Shown piece after piece: positions 1 through 9,952 of a stretch of 36,642 nucleotides of DNA. Made by a program: the position numbers and the translations under genes. The stretch lies in sequence record DRR723986_9195, one strand, 5' to 3'. The stretch's first letter is position 1. Every line of letters begins with the position of its first letter. A model generated the notes under the pieces. It searched no databases, had not been told where the DNA came from, and was given only the letters and a program-made list of their open reading frames with translations.

Positions 1-434
<434 letters not shown>

Positions 435-438
<4 letters not shown>

Positions 439-1208
439 GCCGACTTGAAGGAAAATCCGCGCTGATCACGGGTTCGGCCCGGGGCATCGGCAAGGCCTTT
501 GCTGCGCGGTTTGCAGAGGAAGGCGCCCGGGTGGCGATTGCCGATATCAACCTGGCCGGCGCAGAAGCGGCGGCCAGTGAAATCGGCCCGAATGCCTATG
601 CCGTACAGTTGGACGTCACCGACCAGTCGTCGATCGATGCTGCCATCGCCGCCGTGGAACAGAAGACCGGCGGGCTCGACATCCTGGTCAATAACGCGGC
701 TCTGTTCGATCTGGCACCGATTGTCGAGATCACCCGCGACAGCTACCAGCGCCTGTTCGACATCAACGTTTCCGGAACCCTGTTCATGATGCAGGCCGCG
801 GCAAAGTCGATGATCAGGCGTGGTCAGGGCGGCAAGATCATAAACATGGCCAGCCAGGCAGGCCGGCGCGGTGAAGCGCTGGTGGGCATCTATTGCGCCA
901 CCAAGGCAGCGGTCATCAGTCTGACCCAGTCGGCAGGTCTCAACCTGATCGAACACGGCATCAACGTGAATGCCATCGCCCCCGGCGTCGTCGACGGCGA
1001 GCACTGGGACCATGTGGATTCGATGTTCGCGAAATACGAAGGCCTGCAGCCCGGTGAAAAGAAGGCAGCGGTCGGAGCCGCGGTGCCTTTCGGCCGCATG
1101 GGCACCGCCGAAGATCTCACCGGCATGGCTGTTTTCCTGGCGTCGAAAGACGCGGATTACATCGTATCGCAGACTTACAACGTCGATGGCGGCAACTGGA
1201 TGAGCTGA
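435..1208 (+). CDS. polS: Sorbitol (L-iditol 2-) dehydrogenase, SDR family
   Basis: [27 protein letters not shown] and NVDGGNWMS motifs typical of SmoS/PolS; lies between smoK and mtlK. Confidence 0.9.
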
Positions 1209-1211
1209 CCA

Positions 1212-2723
1212 ATGACCCAGAACCTAAGTGAAACTGTGCTCTCTTCTCTTCCTGAAACCGTCAAGGCACCGGCGTATCGCCGGTCGGACCTGACCCCCGG
1301 CATCCTCCACATCGGCGTCGGCAACTTCCATCGCGCGCATCAGGCCATCTACCTGAGCAAGCTGTTCGATCTCGGCGAAGGCCGTGACTGGGCCATCGTC
1401 GGCGCGGGCCTCAAGCCCTACGACAAGACCATGCGTGAACGCCTCCAAGCCCAGGACTGGCTGACGACTGTGGTCGAGCTCGACCCGGAAGGCCTCAGCG
1501 CGCAGGTCTGTGGCGCCATGATCGACTTCGTCGACGTGGATCCTAAGGCGCTGATCGCTCGCCTTGGCGAACCCGATATCCGCATTGTCTCGCTGACGAT
1601 CACCGAAGGCGGCTATTTCGTCGACCCGAACACCGGTGGCTTCGACGTCAATCATCCGGAAATCCAGGCGGATCTCGCCTCACCGGATGCGCCACAGACC
1701 GTGTTCGGCGTGCTTGTCGCCGCCCTGCTGGCCCGCCGCGACAAAGGCCTTGAACCCTTTACCGTGATGTCTTGCGACAACCTGCCCGAAAACGGCCATA
1801 TGGCGAAACAGGCCGTTGCCGGTTTCGCCAGAGCCTTGTCGCCGGAAGCCGGAAGCTGGATTGCCGACAACGTCGCCTTTCCAAACGGCATGGTGGACTG
1901 CATCACCCCCGCGACCGGCGACCGCGAACGCGGCCTGGTTCAGGAACGCTTCGGCCTGACCGATGCGGCCCCTGTCGTCTGTGAACCCTTCCGCCAATGG
2001 GTGCTGGAGGATCATTTCCCGGCCGGTCGCCCGGCTCTGGAAAAGGTCGGCGTCGAATTCGTTGAGGACGTCGCTCCATACGAGCTGATGAAATTGCGCA
2101 TTCTCAATGGCGGTCATGCGACCATCGCCTATCCGGGTGCGCTGCTGGGACATTACTTCGTCCATGACGCCATGGCCGATCCACTGATCTGCGCGTTCCT
2201 GAAAAAGCTTGAAGAAGACGAGATCCTGCCGACGGTTCCGGAAATTCCGGGGGTCAGCTTCGAGACCTATCTCACCACCGTGATGGACCGGTTCTCCAAT
2301 CCGGCGGTGGGAGACACGATCCCCCGTCTCTGCCTTGACGGCTCCAACCGCCAGCCGAAGTTTATCCTGCCTTCTATCCAGGACCGCCTCGACAAGGGGT
2401 TGCCGGTGGCTGGCCTTGCCCTCGAAACGGCTCTTTGGTGCCGTTACTGCCTCGGTCACAACGAGGCTGGAGAACCGCATGTCATCGAGGACAACAATGC
2501 CGACATCCTGAAGGCCTGGGCACAAGGCGTATACGCCGACAAGCCTGCGCGCATCGAAATGCCGGAGCTATTCGGTGGGCTCGCTTCCGACGAAACCTTC
2601 CTGAAGGCCTTCAGCTACGCCGCAGGCATGATCGCTGAAGATGGGGTAGCCGCAACGCTGAAAGCCTACCTCGACGGCCGCTTCGACAAAGGCGCCCCCG
2701 CCCTCAAGGGGAACGCCCACTAG
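1212..2723 (+). CDS. mtlK: Mannitol 2-dehydrogenase (long-chain polyol dehydrogenase family)
   Basis: HIGVGNFHRAHQA, SLTITEGGY, MSCDNL, FPNGMVDCITP and KLRILNGGH motifs; polyol operon context. Confidence 0.9.
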   Translation: MTQNLSETVLSSLPETVKAPAYRRSDLTPGILHIGVGNFHRAHQAIYLSKLFDLGEGRDWAIVGAGLKPYDKTMRERLQAQDWLTTVVELDPEGLSAQVCGAMIDFVDVDPKALIARLGEPDIRIVSLTITEGGYFVDPNTGGFDVNHPEIQADLASPDAPQTVFGVLVAALLARRDKGLEPFTVMSCDNLPENGHMAKQAVAGFARALSPEAGSWIADNVAFPNGMVDCITPATGDRERGLVQERFGLTDAAPVVCEPFRQWVLEDHFPAGRPALEKVGVEFVEDVAPYELMKLRILNGGHATIAYPGALLGHYFVHDAMADPLICAFLKKLEEDEILPTVPEIPGVSFETYLTTVMDRFSNPAVGDTIPRLCLDGSNRQPKFILPSIQDRLDKGLPVAGLALETALWCRYCLGHNEAGEPHVIEDNNADILKAWAQGVYADKPARIEMPELFGGLASDETFLKAFSYAAGMIAEDGVAATLKAYLDGRFDKGAPALKGNAH

Positions 2724-2730
2724 GAAACGA

Positions 2731-2773
2731 GGGATCACACTCGCGCCACCGTGTGCGCAATGTGATCCCATTT
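2731..2773 (+). terminator. Hairpin after mtlK, probable terminator
   Basis: GGGATCACA (2731-2739) pairs with TGTGATCCC (2761-2769), with an inner GCGC/GCGC stem; short T-run follows. Confidence 0.55.
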
Positions 2774-2873
2774 GCCTTTCAATTTGCCCTGTCCCGCTTA
2801 CCTTGATGTCATTGACAGACGAGGATTTGACCTTCGCCTGCACGACGGAAAGCGGTAAGGCGGGATTACGGGC

Positions 2874-3413
2874 ATGAGACAACTGAACAGACGGGACCTT
2901 CTGGCCGGCAGCGCGGCAATGGCATTGCTGCCGGGAACGGTGTTTGCGGCAGGCAACGACTTCTTCCGACTTGGTCTGGCCGAACCGGCCTTCGAAATCG
3001 AACCGAAACTCGACCTTCCCGATCTTGATGGCACCGTCCACACGCTTGCCGACTATTCCGGAAAGATCCTGCTTGTATCGTTCTGGGCGACATGGTGCCC
3101 GCCCTGTCGAAAGGAAATGCCGGGTCTGGCGCGTCTCAACCGGGAACTCGGCCCCGAAGGCTTTGCAGTGCTCGCCGTCAACGTAGGTGACCGGCAGGAC
3201 CGGATCGAAGGTTTTCTGGACGAGATCGACCATGATGGTCTCACCGTCCTGATGGACACGGACAAGGCCATGCCGAGTACCTGGTTCCTGCGCGGTTTGC
3301 CGGTGACCTACGTCCTCGATGGCACCGGCAAGGTTGCCCTCGCCGCCATTGGCGACCGGGTGTGGGATTCAGAGGAAATGATCTCCGCGCTGCGCAGTTT
3401 GAAGACCGCCTGA
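2874..3413 (+). CDS. TlpA/ResA-like thiol:disulfide oxidoreductase with a twin-arginine signal
   Basis: NRRDLL Tat motif plus hydrophobic stretch ending VFA; FWATWCPPCRKEMP (CxxC); cis-Pro motif GLPVTY. Confidence 0.85.
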   Translation: MRQLNRRDLLAGSAAMALLPGTVFAAGNDFFRLGLAEPAFEIEPKLDLPDLDGTVHTLADYSGKILLVSFWATWCPPCRKEMPGLARLNRELGPEGFAVLAVNVGDRQDRIEGFLDEIDHDGLTVLMDTDKAMPSTWFLRGLPVTYVLDGTGKVALAAIGDRVWDSEEMISALRSLKTA

Positions 3414-3444
3414 CCACGTCGAACATCGCCAGGGTGAAAGACCC

Positions 3445-4272
3445 TCAGCCGTTGTCCATCGGCACGATCACAGGCCGCCCTCCACCCGGACGTGTCAGGA
3501 TTTCCAGCGGAAAGTCATAGGCTTTCGACAACAACTCCGCCTGCATGACCTCGTCCCGCGTACCGAAGGCAAGACGGCGGCCACCCTGCATGACCAGCAC
3601 CCGGTCGGCAAAGGCAGCGGTCAGGTTGAGGTCGTGCATCACCGCGACGACGCCGCCACCACGCTTGGCGTAATCGGCTGCAAGCTGCATGATCTGGACC
3701 TGGTGCTTGATGTCGAGACTGGAGACCGGTTCGTCCAGGAACAACCAATGCGGCAGGCCTTCTTGCGGAAGCGGGTCCCAGACCTGACACAACACCCGTG
3801 CGAGCTGCACCCGTTGCTGCTCGCCGCCGGACAGCTCCTGATAACTTCGCCCTTCGAACCCCGACAGGCCGACTTTCGCAAGGGCTTCGGCAATGCGCCG
3901 GGCACGGAAGCTCCGCTCCCGGCGGCTGGAGGTCAGGCCGAGGCCGACCACTTCAGCCACGTTCAGCGGAAAGGAAATCTGGCTTGCCTGCGGCAGCACC
4001 CCGCGCATGGCGGCAAGCACTTCCGGTGACAGGCCACCAACCTCCAGCCCTGCCAGCGTTAACCCGCCGGAATAAGGCAATTCACCGGTCATTGCCTTCA
4101 TCAAGGTCGTCTTGCCGGAACCGCTCGGCCCGATGATCGCCAGCACTTCCCCAGCCTTTGCGTGAAAGGAAAGGTCCTGCACGATCCGGGTCTTGCCTGC
4201 CGAAACAGACACCTGCTCGACAACAAGATCGGGTGCCAGCGCCGTGCCATTTTCAATTGTTCTGTGCAACAT
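3445..4272 (-). CDS. hmuV: Heme ABC transporter ATP-binding protein
   Basis: GPSGSGKT, LSGGEQQRVQLARVLCQ, LFLDEP, VMHDLNL; last gene of the hmuSTUV run. Confidence 0.9.
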   Translation of the reverse strand: MLHRTIENGTALAPDLVVEQVSVSAGKTRIVQDLSFHAKAGEVLAIIGPSGSGKTTLMKAMTGELPYSGGLTLAGLEVGGLSPEVLAAMRGVLPQASQISFPLNVAEVVGLGLTSSRRERSFRARRIAEALAKVGLSGFEGRSYQELSGGEQQRVQLARVLCQVWDPLPQEGLPHWLFLDEPVSSLDIKHQVQIMQLAADYAKRGGGVVAVMHDLNLTAAFADRVLVMQGGRRLAFGTRDEVMQAELLSKAYDFPLEILTRPGGGRPVIVPMDNG

Positions 4273-4281
4273 GACTACACC

Positions 4282-5424
4282 CTAAAGACCTGTGAGGCCG
4301 CGCTTGCGCAGCAGGATCCAGAGGAAGAAGGGCGCACCGGCAAAGGCGGTGATGATACCGATGGGCATTTCCGCCGGTGCCACGATGGTGCGCGCCAGCG
4401 TATCGGCGGCTATCAGCAGGCAGGCGCCAAGAAGCGCCGCGGCCGGCAGCATGTAGCGATGGTCGGGACCGATTGTGAGACGAAGCAAATGCGGCACGAC
4501 GATGCCGACAAAACCGATGCCGCCGCTGACAGCCACGGAGGCGCCGGTTGCCGCCGCCACCAGCAGGATGCTGAGGTTCTTGAGCCGCTGCACCTTGATG
4601 CCGATGTGCGAGGCGGCGGCTTCGCCAAGCGTCAGACCGTTGAGACCGCGTGCCAGGAACGGCACGCAGACCAGCATGGTGAGGATGATTGGCGCGGCAG
4701 AAGCGACCTTCTGCCAGTTGGATCCCGCGAGCGACCCAAGTCCCCAGAACTGCAGGTCGCGCAGCTCCTGGTCATCGGCCACATAGACCAATAGCCCTGT
4801 CATCGCACCGGTGAGCGCACCGAGCGCAATGCCCGCCAGCAGCAATGTCGCAACTGACGTGATGCCTCCGCGCGTGCCGATCCTGTAAAGAAGCAGCGTC
4901 GTGACGAGGCCGCCCGCAAAGGCCGCCAGTGGGACCGCATAGATACCCAGAAGCGCCATCACCGGCGCCAGTACGGTATTTCCGAGAACGATGAACGCGG
5001 CAGCGCCCAGACCTGCCCCCGCCGAAACGCCGACAATGCCCGGATCCGCCAACGGATTACGGAACAGACCCTGCATTACGGCGCCGGACACCGCCAGGGC
5101 CGCTCCGATGAGCGCTCCCAGCGTAACCCGCGGCAGGCGAATATCCATGAGCACGATCCAGTCCCTTGGCGAAACGCCCTGCGGCACGCCCTCTCCCGCT
5201 CCCGCGAAATAGGACGGCACATGTGGCAGGAGCTCCAGAACCGGGATCGAGATAGGGCCGATGGCAAGGCTTCCCAGAACGACGAGACATGCCAGCACGG
5301 CGAGCAGCACAATGACGGCCCGGGCGAGCGGAGCCCTGTCTCCGCGCTGCAGGTCGGCAAGCCCAAGGAGAGAGGAAATCCATCCCCTTCTGGCGGGCAA
5401 GGCCGTATCGCTCATCAGTGCCAT
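4282..5424 (-). CDS. hmuU: Heme ABC transporter permease (FecCD family)
   Basis: IRLPR, QGLFRNPLADPG, GGIGFVGIVVPH and PIGIITA motifs; TGATG overlap with hmuT. Confidence 0.9.
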   Translation of the reverse strand: MALMSDTALPARRGWISSLLGLADLQRGDRAPLARAVIVLLAVLACLVVLGSLAIGPISIPVLELLPHVPSYFAGAGEGVPQGVSPRDWIVLMDIRLPRVTLGALIGAALAVSGAVMQGLFRNPLADPGIVGVSAGAGLGAAAFIVLGNTVLAPVMALLGIYAVPLAAFAGGLVTTLLLYRIGTRGGITSVATLLLAGIALGALTGAMTGLLVYVADDQELRDLQFWGLGSLAGSNWQKVASAAPIILTMLVCVPFLARGLNGLTLGEAAASHIGIKVQRLKNLSILLVAAATGASVAVSGGIGFVGIVVPHLLRLTIGPDHRYMLPAAALLGACLLIAADTLARTIVAPAEMPIGIITAFAGAPFFLWILLRKRGLTGL

Positions 5425-6323
5425 CAGCTTGCCGTATCCGCCAGACGGGTCGACAATTCACGGACGGCTTCTGCAGTGCGCGGACCGAACCCCAGCAGGA
5501 GCTGCCCGTTCATGCGGACAAGTCGCCTGTTCTTCCCTGCCGGCGTTTGCGCCACGGCCGGATGATCGAACACAGCTTCACCGCTCGTTGCGTCTTCGCC
5601 GTCGCCGTGGCGATCCATCATCAGCACGACGTCCGGTGCCGCACTGACGATCGCCTCGTCGCTGAGGATCTTGTAGCCGGAAAAGCCGGACGTCGCGTTT
5701 TCAGCACCCGCAAGCGCAAGTATGCCGTTGGCCGCCGTATCCGATCCGGCGGCGAGGATACGCCCGCCCTTTGTCGACAGGACGAAGAGGACACGAACGC
5801 CAGATGTCCGGCTTTCAGCGGCACGTTGCGCCTCGGCCAGATCCTGTTCAAGCTTGCCCGCAAGAGCATCGGCCTTCGCCTCGACGCCGAGCACTTCACC
5901 AACGACACGCACCTTTTTGATGATGCCTTCGGCGGTATATGCCTCCGGCACATCCGCCATCGCCACACCGGACTTGCGCAACACGTCCACTGTTTCCTGC
6001 GGCCCGCTGCCTTCCAGCATCAGGATCAGCTCCGGATTGACGGAGAGCACACCTTCCGGGGACAGCGCGCGCATGTACCCGACATCCGGAAGGCTTGCCG
6101 CTTCCGCCGGGAAAATGCTGGTGCTGTCGCGGGCAATCAACCTCTTGTCTTCACCCAGGGCGTAGACGATCTCCGTCACCGAACCACCGATGGCGACAAC
6201 ATTGCTGCTATCCGGACTGCCCGTGCCTTCCGCAAACAGTGGTTTGCCGGGCAGGACCAGGGCTGCGACGGTCAGCGCGACAGCCGCCGAGACGCCGGAA
6301 AAACGCGAAAGTGACCCAATCAT
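5424..6323 (-). CDS. hmuT: Heme ABC transporter periplasmic binding protein
   Basis: GGSVTEIVYALG, DSTS, VGYMRALSPEG (heme-ligating Tyr) and LGFGPR; start placed at ATG 6323, which overlaps the hmuS stop (ATGA) and precedes a signal peptide. Confidence 0.9.
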   Translation of the reverse strand: MIGSLSRFSGVSAAVALTVAALVLPGKPLFAEGTGSPDSSNVVAIGGSVTEIVYALGEDKRLIARDSTSIFPAEAASLPDVGYMRALSPEGVLSVNPELILMLEGSGPQETVDVLRKSGVAMADVPEAYTAEGIIKKVRVVGEVLGVEAKADALAGKLEQDLAEAQRAAESRTSGVRVLFVLSTKGGRILAAGSDTAANGILALAGAENATSGFSGYKILSDEAIVSAAPDVVLMMDRHGDGEDATSGEAVFDHPAVAQTPAGKNRRLVRMNGQLLLGFGPRTAEAVRELSTRLADTAS

Positions 6324-7408
6324 TCCGCTGCTCCCAGCTTTACCGCCCGATCCAGTTTCGGCAGGTTTTCGGCAAGGCCACGCCAATCGGACCGTTCCTG
6401 GTTGCCCTCACCACGCACACCGAAGAACTGGATGATCTGCTGTCCGTCGCTGTCATAAGCTTCCACCGACGTGACATGGCCGACATCCGCCGGTTTGCGC
6501 ACGGCCCAGACCTCGTGGATGTGGTCGGTCCGCAGATGCAGATGGAAGGTCGGGTCCATCACGTTGATCCATGGACCCCGGTCCATCACCGTTGCCACCG
6601 CCCCGGAGTGGATCTGAATGCAACCGCGATTGCCGACAAAACACATGATCGGGATGTTTTCCGACGCTGCAAGACGCAACAAGGCCGGCACCGCCCCACG
6701 ATCGAGCGGCCAGGCCCAGGCATCGCCCGCCAGTTCAAAAGCACTGACCCGGTCGAGGTCCAGATCTTTCAAAAGTCCGTGGAACTGATGCGGATCGGTC
6801 ATAGCCTCCCAGCGGTCGCGCAGCATCGCTTCAGCTCCTTCGGATGCCTGTTTTCGGCTGAACGGTTTTGCTTCGCTCACTTGCGGCAACACATCCGGCG
6901 TCTGGTCGTCCAGCACGAGCTTTTCAACCAGAGTGTTCCACGCATCCAGGTCCGTTTCCGCACGGGTGTGGATCTTCATCACCGCATCACCATGGGCATC
7001 GAAGAACTGCAGTGACCGGCGGATATCGTTGCCGTCAGCCTTTTCGACCGCAAAGCCATGCACCCAATTGGCCGGAAACATGCGCGTGTCGATCTGCTCG
7101 CCCAGCATCAGGGCCGCCCGCTTGCCGTTCACGAATTTCTCGAACGGGCCGATCTTCTCGTGCACCGCGCTCTCGTTGCGCGTCAGTGCCATGACCGTGC
7201 CGACGGTCTGCAACCCCGGAAACAGATCCTCGAAACGCGGCGCGATACGGCGCACGCCATGCCCTACGAAGCTGGCGACCAGCTCCGCTTCCGTAATGCC
7301 GAGTATCTGCGCCAGATCCCGCTCCCGCATCTTCGGATTGTCCGCGCGTGCCGCCCGGATGTCGGCTGCGCTCTGCCTGGTTTCAGAGGAGATCTGATCG
7401 GCATTCAT
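6320..7408 (-). CDS. hmuS: Hemin-degrading/trafficking factor (HemS/ChuS/HmuS family)
   Basis: MALTRNESAVHEK, SLQFFDAHGDAVMKI, FVGNRGCIQIHSG and FHLHL motifs; ATG 7408 preceded by a GGGGA RBS. Confidence 0.9.
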   Translation of the reverse strand: MNADQISSETRQSAADIRAARADNPKMRERDLAQILGITEAELVASFVGHGVRRIAPRFEDLFPGLQTVGTVMALTRNESAVHEKIGPFEKFVNGKRAALMLGEQIDTRMFPANWVHGFAVEKADGNDIRRSLQFFDAHGDAVMKIHTRAETDLDAWNTLVEKLVLDDQTPDVLPQVSEAKPFSRKQASEGAEAMLRDRWEAMTDPHQFHGLLKDLDLDRVSAFELAGDAWAWPLDRGAVPALLRLAASENIPIMCFVGNRGCIQIHSGAVATVMDRGPWINVMDPTFHLHLRTDHIHEVWAVRKPADVGHVTSVEAYDSDGQQIIQFFGVRGEGNQERSDWRGLAENLPKLDRAVKLGAAE

Positions 7409-7503
7409 GAGTTCTGTCCCCAATCGCTATGGTCTTCCTGCAGCCCGCGCTCAGTTTCCCGCCTCATCATCCCGTAACGTAAATTACTGAGATTATTAGG
7501 AGT

Positions 7504-7520
7504 TTTTGAATCATTCCAAA
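7504..7520. promoter_or_regulatory. Iron control element (Irr box)-like site
   Basis: TTTTGAA-TCA-TTCCAAA has one mismatch to the ICE consensus TTTRGAAYNRTTCYAAA; lies in the divergent heme uptake promoter. Confidence 0.6.
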
Positions 7521-7555
7521 GAGACGCTTTTCCTTGGCGACCGCAATCTAATACT

Positions 7556-7570
7556 TGACTCCTATATTCA
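7556..7570. promoter_or_regulatory. RirA IRO-like box (TGA-N9-TCA) overlapping a TTGACT -35-like hexamer
   Basis: TGA-CTCCTATAT-TCA in the AT-rich hmuS/receptor intergenic region. Confidence 0.55.
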
Positions 7571-7593
7571 TATTTCATTAGGAACACAATACC

Positions 7594-7608
7594 TGAGTCA
7601 CTGACTCA
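7594..7608. promoter_or_regulatory. Perfect palindrome TGAGTCA-C-TGACTCA (also fits TGA-N9-TCA)
   Basis: 7-bp perfect inverted repeat with a 1-nt spacer, about 67 nt upstream of the receptor start. Confidence 0.45.
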
Positions 7609-7674
7609 TGTTTAAAACGCTGTGTGAGAGGCAGCGAAAAGGACGCGAACAACGCGCACTCTTGGAGAATTTTT

Positions 7675-9816
7675 ATGGGGCTCAAGAAGACCGGTAACAC
7701 CCGCTTGATGGGTGGTGTTGCCCTTTGGGTTTTGGCTTTTAATTGCGGGGCGGCTGCACAGGATGCAGTCGCAGATGCAGCACCGGCGACACCCGTTGCC
7801 GGACAGGATCAACCGGTGTCGCAGCTACAACAGATCGTTGTCAGCGCCGGCGTGCCCAAAGTCGCGATCGATACTCCTCAGGCCGTCACCGTGCTGGGCC
7901 AGGAAGCCATCGACGACCTGCAACCGCGCTCGATCGGAGACGTCTTCCAGGAGATCCCGGGCGTCACGCCGATCGGCAGTAACTCGATCCTCGGCGAAAG
8001 CATCAATATCCGCGGTATTGGTGAAGCCCTTTCCGGCGACGAGACCCGGATCATCATGCAGGTAGACGGGGTCAACAAGTTTTTCGAACAGTACCGGATG
8101 GGGTCGTTCTTCTCCGACCCGGAACTTTATAAACAGATCGAGGTCCTGCGTGGACCGGCATCATCAACCCTTTATGGCGCCGGTGCGATGGGGGGTGTGA
8201 TCACCTTCACCACGAAGGATGCCAGCGATTTCCTCGATCCGGGTGACCTGATCGGTGGCCGGCTGAAAACCTCCTGGGATTCGAATGGCAACGGCTGGCT
8301 GGGCAGCGCGATCGTCGCGGCGGAACCGGTCAAGAACCTCGAGTTGCTCGGCGCGCTCAACTATCGGCAGTCTCAGGACATTACGGATGGCCAGGGCAAC
8401 GAGGTCCCGGACACGGATTTCAGCTCCATCAACGGGCTGATCAAGGCCCGTTACACCTTCGGGGAAAATGAAGACCAGTCCGTTTTCGCAAGTTACCAGA
8501 ACTGGTCGAGTGACGAGGACGACCAGAACTACGACCAGATTGCCTGGGGTCCGGACTTTGGCGATGTCGACCGCACAGTGACGGATCAGACCGCGATCGT
8601 TGGTTATGCAAACGGGTTTTCAGGAAACGATCTGCTTGATGTGAAGGCCCAGTTCAGCTGGTCCGACACGCGTGTCGAGCAGAAGAACCAGGATCAGATC
8701 TGCGCCCAGTTCGCACCGGCGCCCGCGCCGCCGACCTGCTATTACCCGTTCGGCTTCAATTCCGAATATTCCTACGAGACCTGGCAGGGCAAGGCCGACA
8801 ACGTCGCAACGTTCCAGCTGGGCGAAGACTGGATGGCCTATGTCACGACCGGCATCGACGGCCAGTACCAGGAACGTCGCAATCCGCGTGATTTCGGCAC
8901 CTATGTGCGCAGTGGTTCAGGGACTCACCCGGAAGGCGAAACGGTCAACGTCGGCGGCTATGCGCAGGCCGAACTGGTGTGGAACGACCGCATCACCCTC
9001 ATTCCTGGCATGCGGATCGACTACAGCAACGTGTCTGTCGGCAGCTATGTGGACGGCAGCGGCAACACCATCAACCTGAACGAGGAAAAGAGCGCCGTCG
9101 GCTACTCGCCAAAGCTTGCAGCCATGATCAAGATGTCCGAATGGCTCGGCGTCTTCGGCTCTGTCGCCCATACCGAGCGTCTGCCGTCCCTCGACGAGGT
9201 GTTTTCGAACTACGTCGTCAACGATCTCGACAAGGAACTGTCGAACAACTTCGAGGCAGGTGTCACCTTTTCTTTCGATGACCTGATCATGGGCGGAGAC
9301 GCTTTCCGCCTGAAGGGAACGGCGTTCCGCAACAACGTCACCAACTACTACGCCAGCTACTGGAACGGTTCGACGGTAGTGACGGAAATCATTCCGAAAG
9401 CCCGTTACGAAGGGCTTGAGCTGGAAGCCTCCTACTGGACCGAAAGCATCTACGGGTCTCTCGGCGCCTCGCTGATCCGGGGCAACAACGTCAGCACCGG
9501 CGGCTACATGAATGCCGTCCCCGCCGACAGCGCCTTCCTCAAGATCGGCTACGTCTACCGTCCATGGAACCTCGATTTCGGCTGGAAGGGCGACTTCTAC
9601 GCCGCCCAGGACCGTGTGGGCGCTGACGAACAGGAAACCGCTGGCTACGTGCTGCATAACCTTTATGCGGCATGGAAACCGACCGACGGTTTCATGGCGG
9701 ACAGTGAGGTCCGGTTCAACGTCGACAACGTGTTCGACAAGTCGTACCGGAACCACCTGAGTGAAGACGAAGGTGCAGGCCGCAGCTTCAAGCTGAGCTT
9801 CGCCAAGAAGTTCTGA
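7675..9816 (+). CDS. TonB-dependent heme/hemoprotein outer-membrane receptor (HmuR/BhuA-like)
   Basis: Signal peptide, TonB-box-like QIVVSA, plug motifs INIRG and IEVLRGPASSTLYGAGAMGGVI, C-terminal NVFDKSY...GRSFKLSFAKKF; divergent from hmuSTUV; GGAG RBS before ATG 7675. Confidence 0.88.
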   Translation: MGLKKTGNTRLMGGVALWVLAFNCGAAAQDAVADAAPATPVAGQDQPVSQLQQIVVSAGVPKVAIDTPQAVTVLGQEAIDDLQPRSIGDVFQEIPGVTPIGSNSILGESINIRGIGEALSGDETRIIMQVDGVNKFFEQYRMGSFFSDPELYKQIEVLRGPASSTLYGAGAMGGVITFTTKDASDFLDPGDLIGGRLKTSWDSNGNGWLGSAIVAAEPVKNLELLGALNYRQSQDITDGQGNEVPDTDFSSINGLIKARYTFGENEDQSVFASYQNWSSDEDDQNYDQIAWGPDFGDVDRTVTDQTAIVGYANGFSGNDLLDVKAQFSWSDTRVEQKNQDQICAQFAPAPAPPTCYYPFGFNSEYSYETWQGKADNVATFQLGEDWMAYVTTGIDGQYQERRNPRDFGTYVRSGSGTHPEGETVNVGGYAQAELVWNDRITLIPGMRIDYSNVSVGSYVDGSGNTINLNEEKSAVGYSPKLAAMIKMSEWLGVFGSVAHTERLPSLDEVFSNYVVNDLDKELSNNFEAGVTFSFDDLIMGGDAFRLKGTAFRNNVTNYYASYWNGSTVVTEIIPKARYEGLELEASYWTESIYGSLGASLIRGNNVSTGGYMNAVPADSAFLKIGYVYRPWNLDFGWKGDFYAAQDRVGADEQETAGYVLHNLYAAWKPTDGFMADSEVRFNVDNVFDKSYRNHLSEDEGAGRSFKLSFAKKF

Positions 9817-9822
9817 CCCATG

Positions 9823-9855
9823 ACCCGCCGCCTGTCCCCGTGGGCGGCGGGTTTC
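9823..9855 (+). terminator. Rho-independent terminator
   Basis: ACCCGCCGCCT...GGGCGGCGGGT stem immediately after the receptor stop, followed by TT. Confidence 0.7.
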
Positions 9856-9907
9856 AAGCCCGGTTGCGGCTGACGACTGCGCATCGAAAAGCGCTCCCTT
9901 TCCCTTC

Positions 9908-9921
9908 TGGAAACGCTTTCA
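9908..9921. promoter_or_regulatory. Auxiliary LacI-family operator (imperfect)
   Basis: TGGAAACGCTTTCA, a variant of the perfect site at 9953-9968. Confidence 0.55.
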
Positions 9922-9952
9922 TCAAAGTGACATCGACACCCTGTATTCAGTG

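Noticed and set aside
7405-7587. 60-aa ORF upstream of hmuS as a possible hmuP/hemP
   Set aside because: Lacks the HemP Y-x-L-R-x-T...KLILxK signature and runs through the promoter and operator sites
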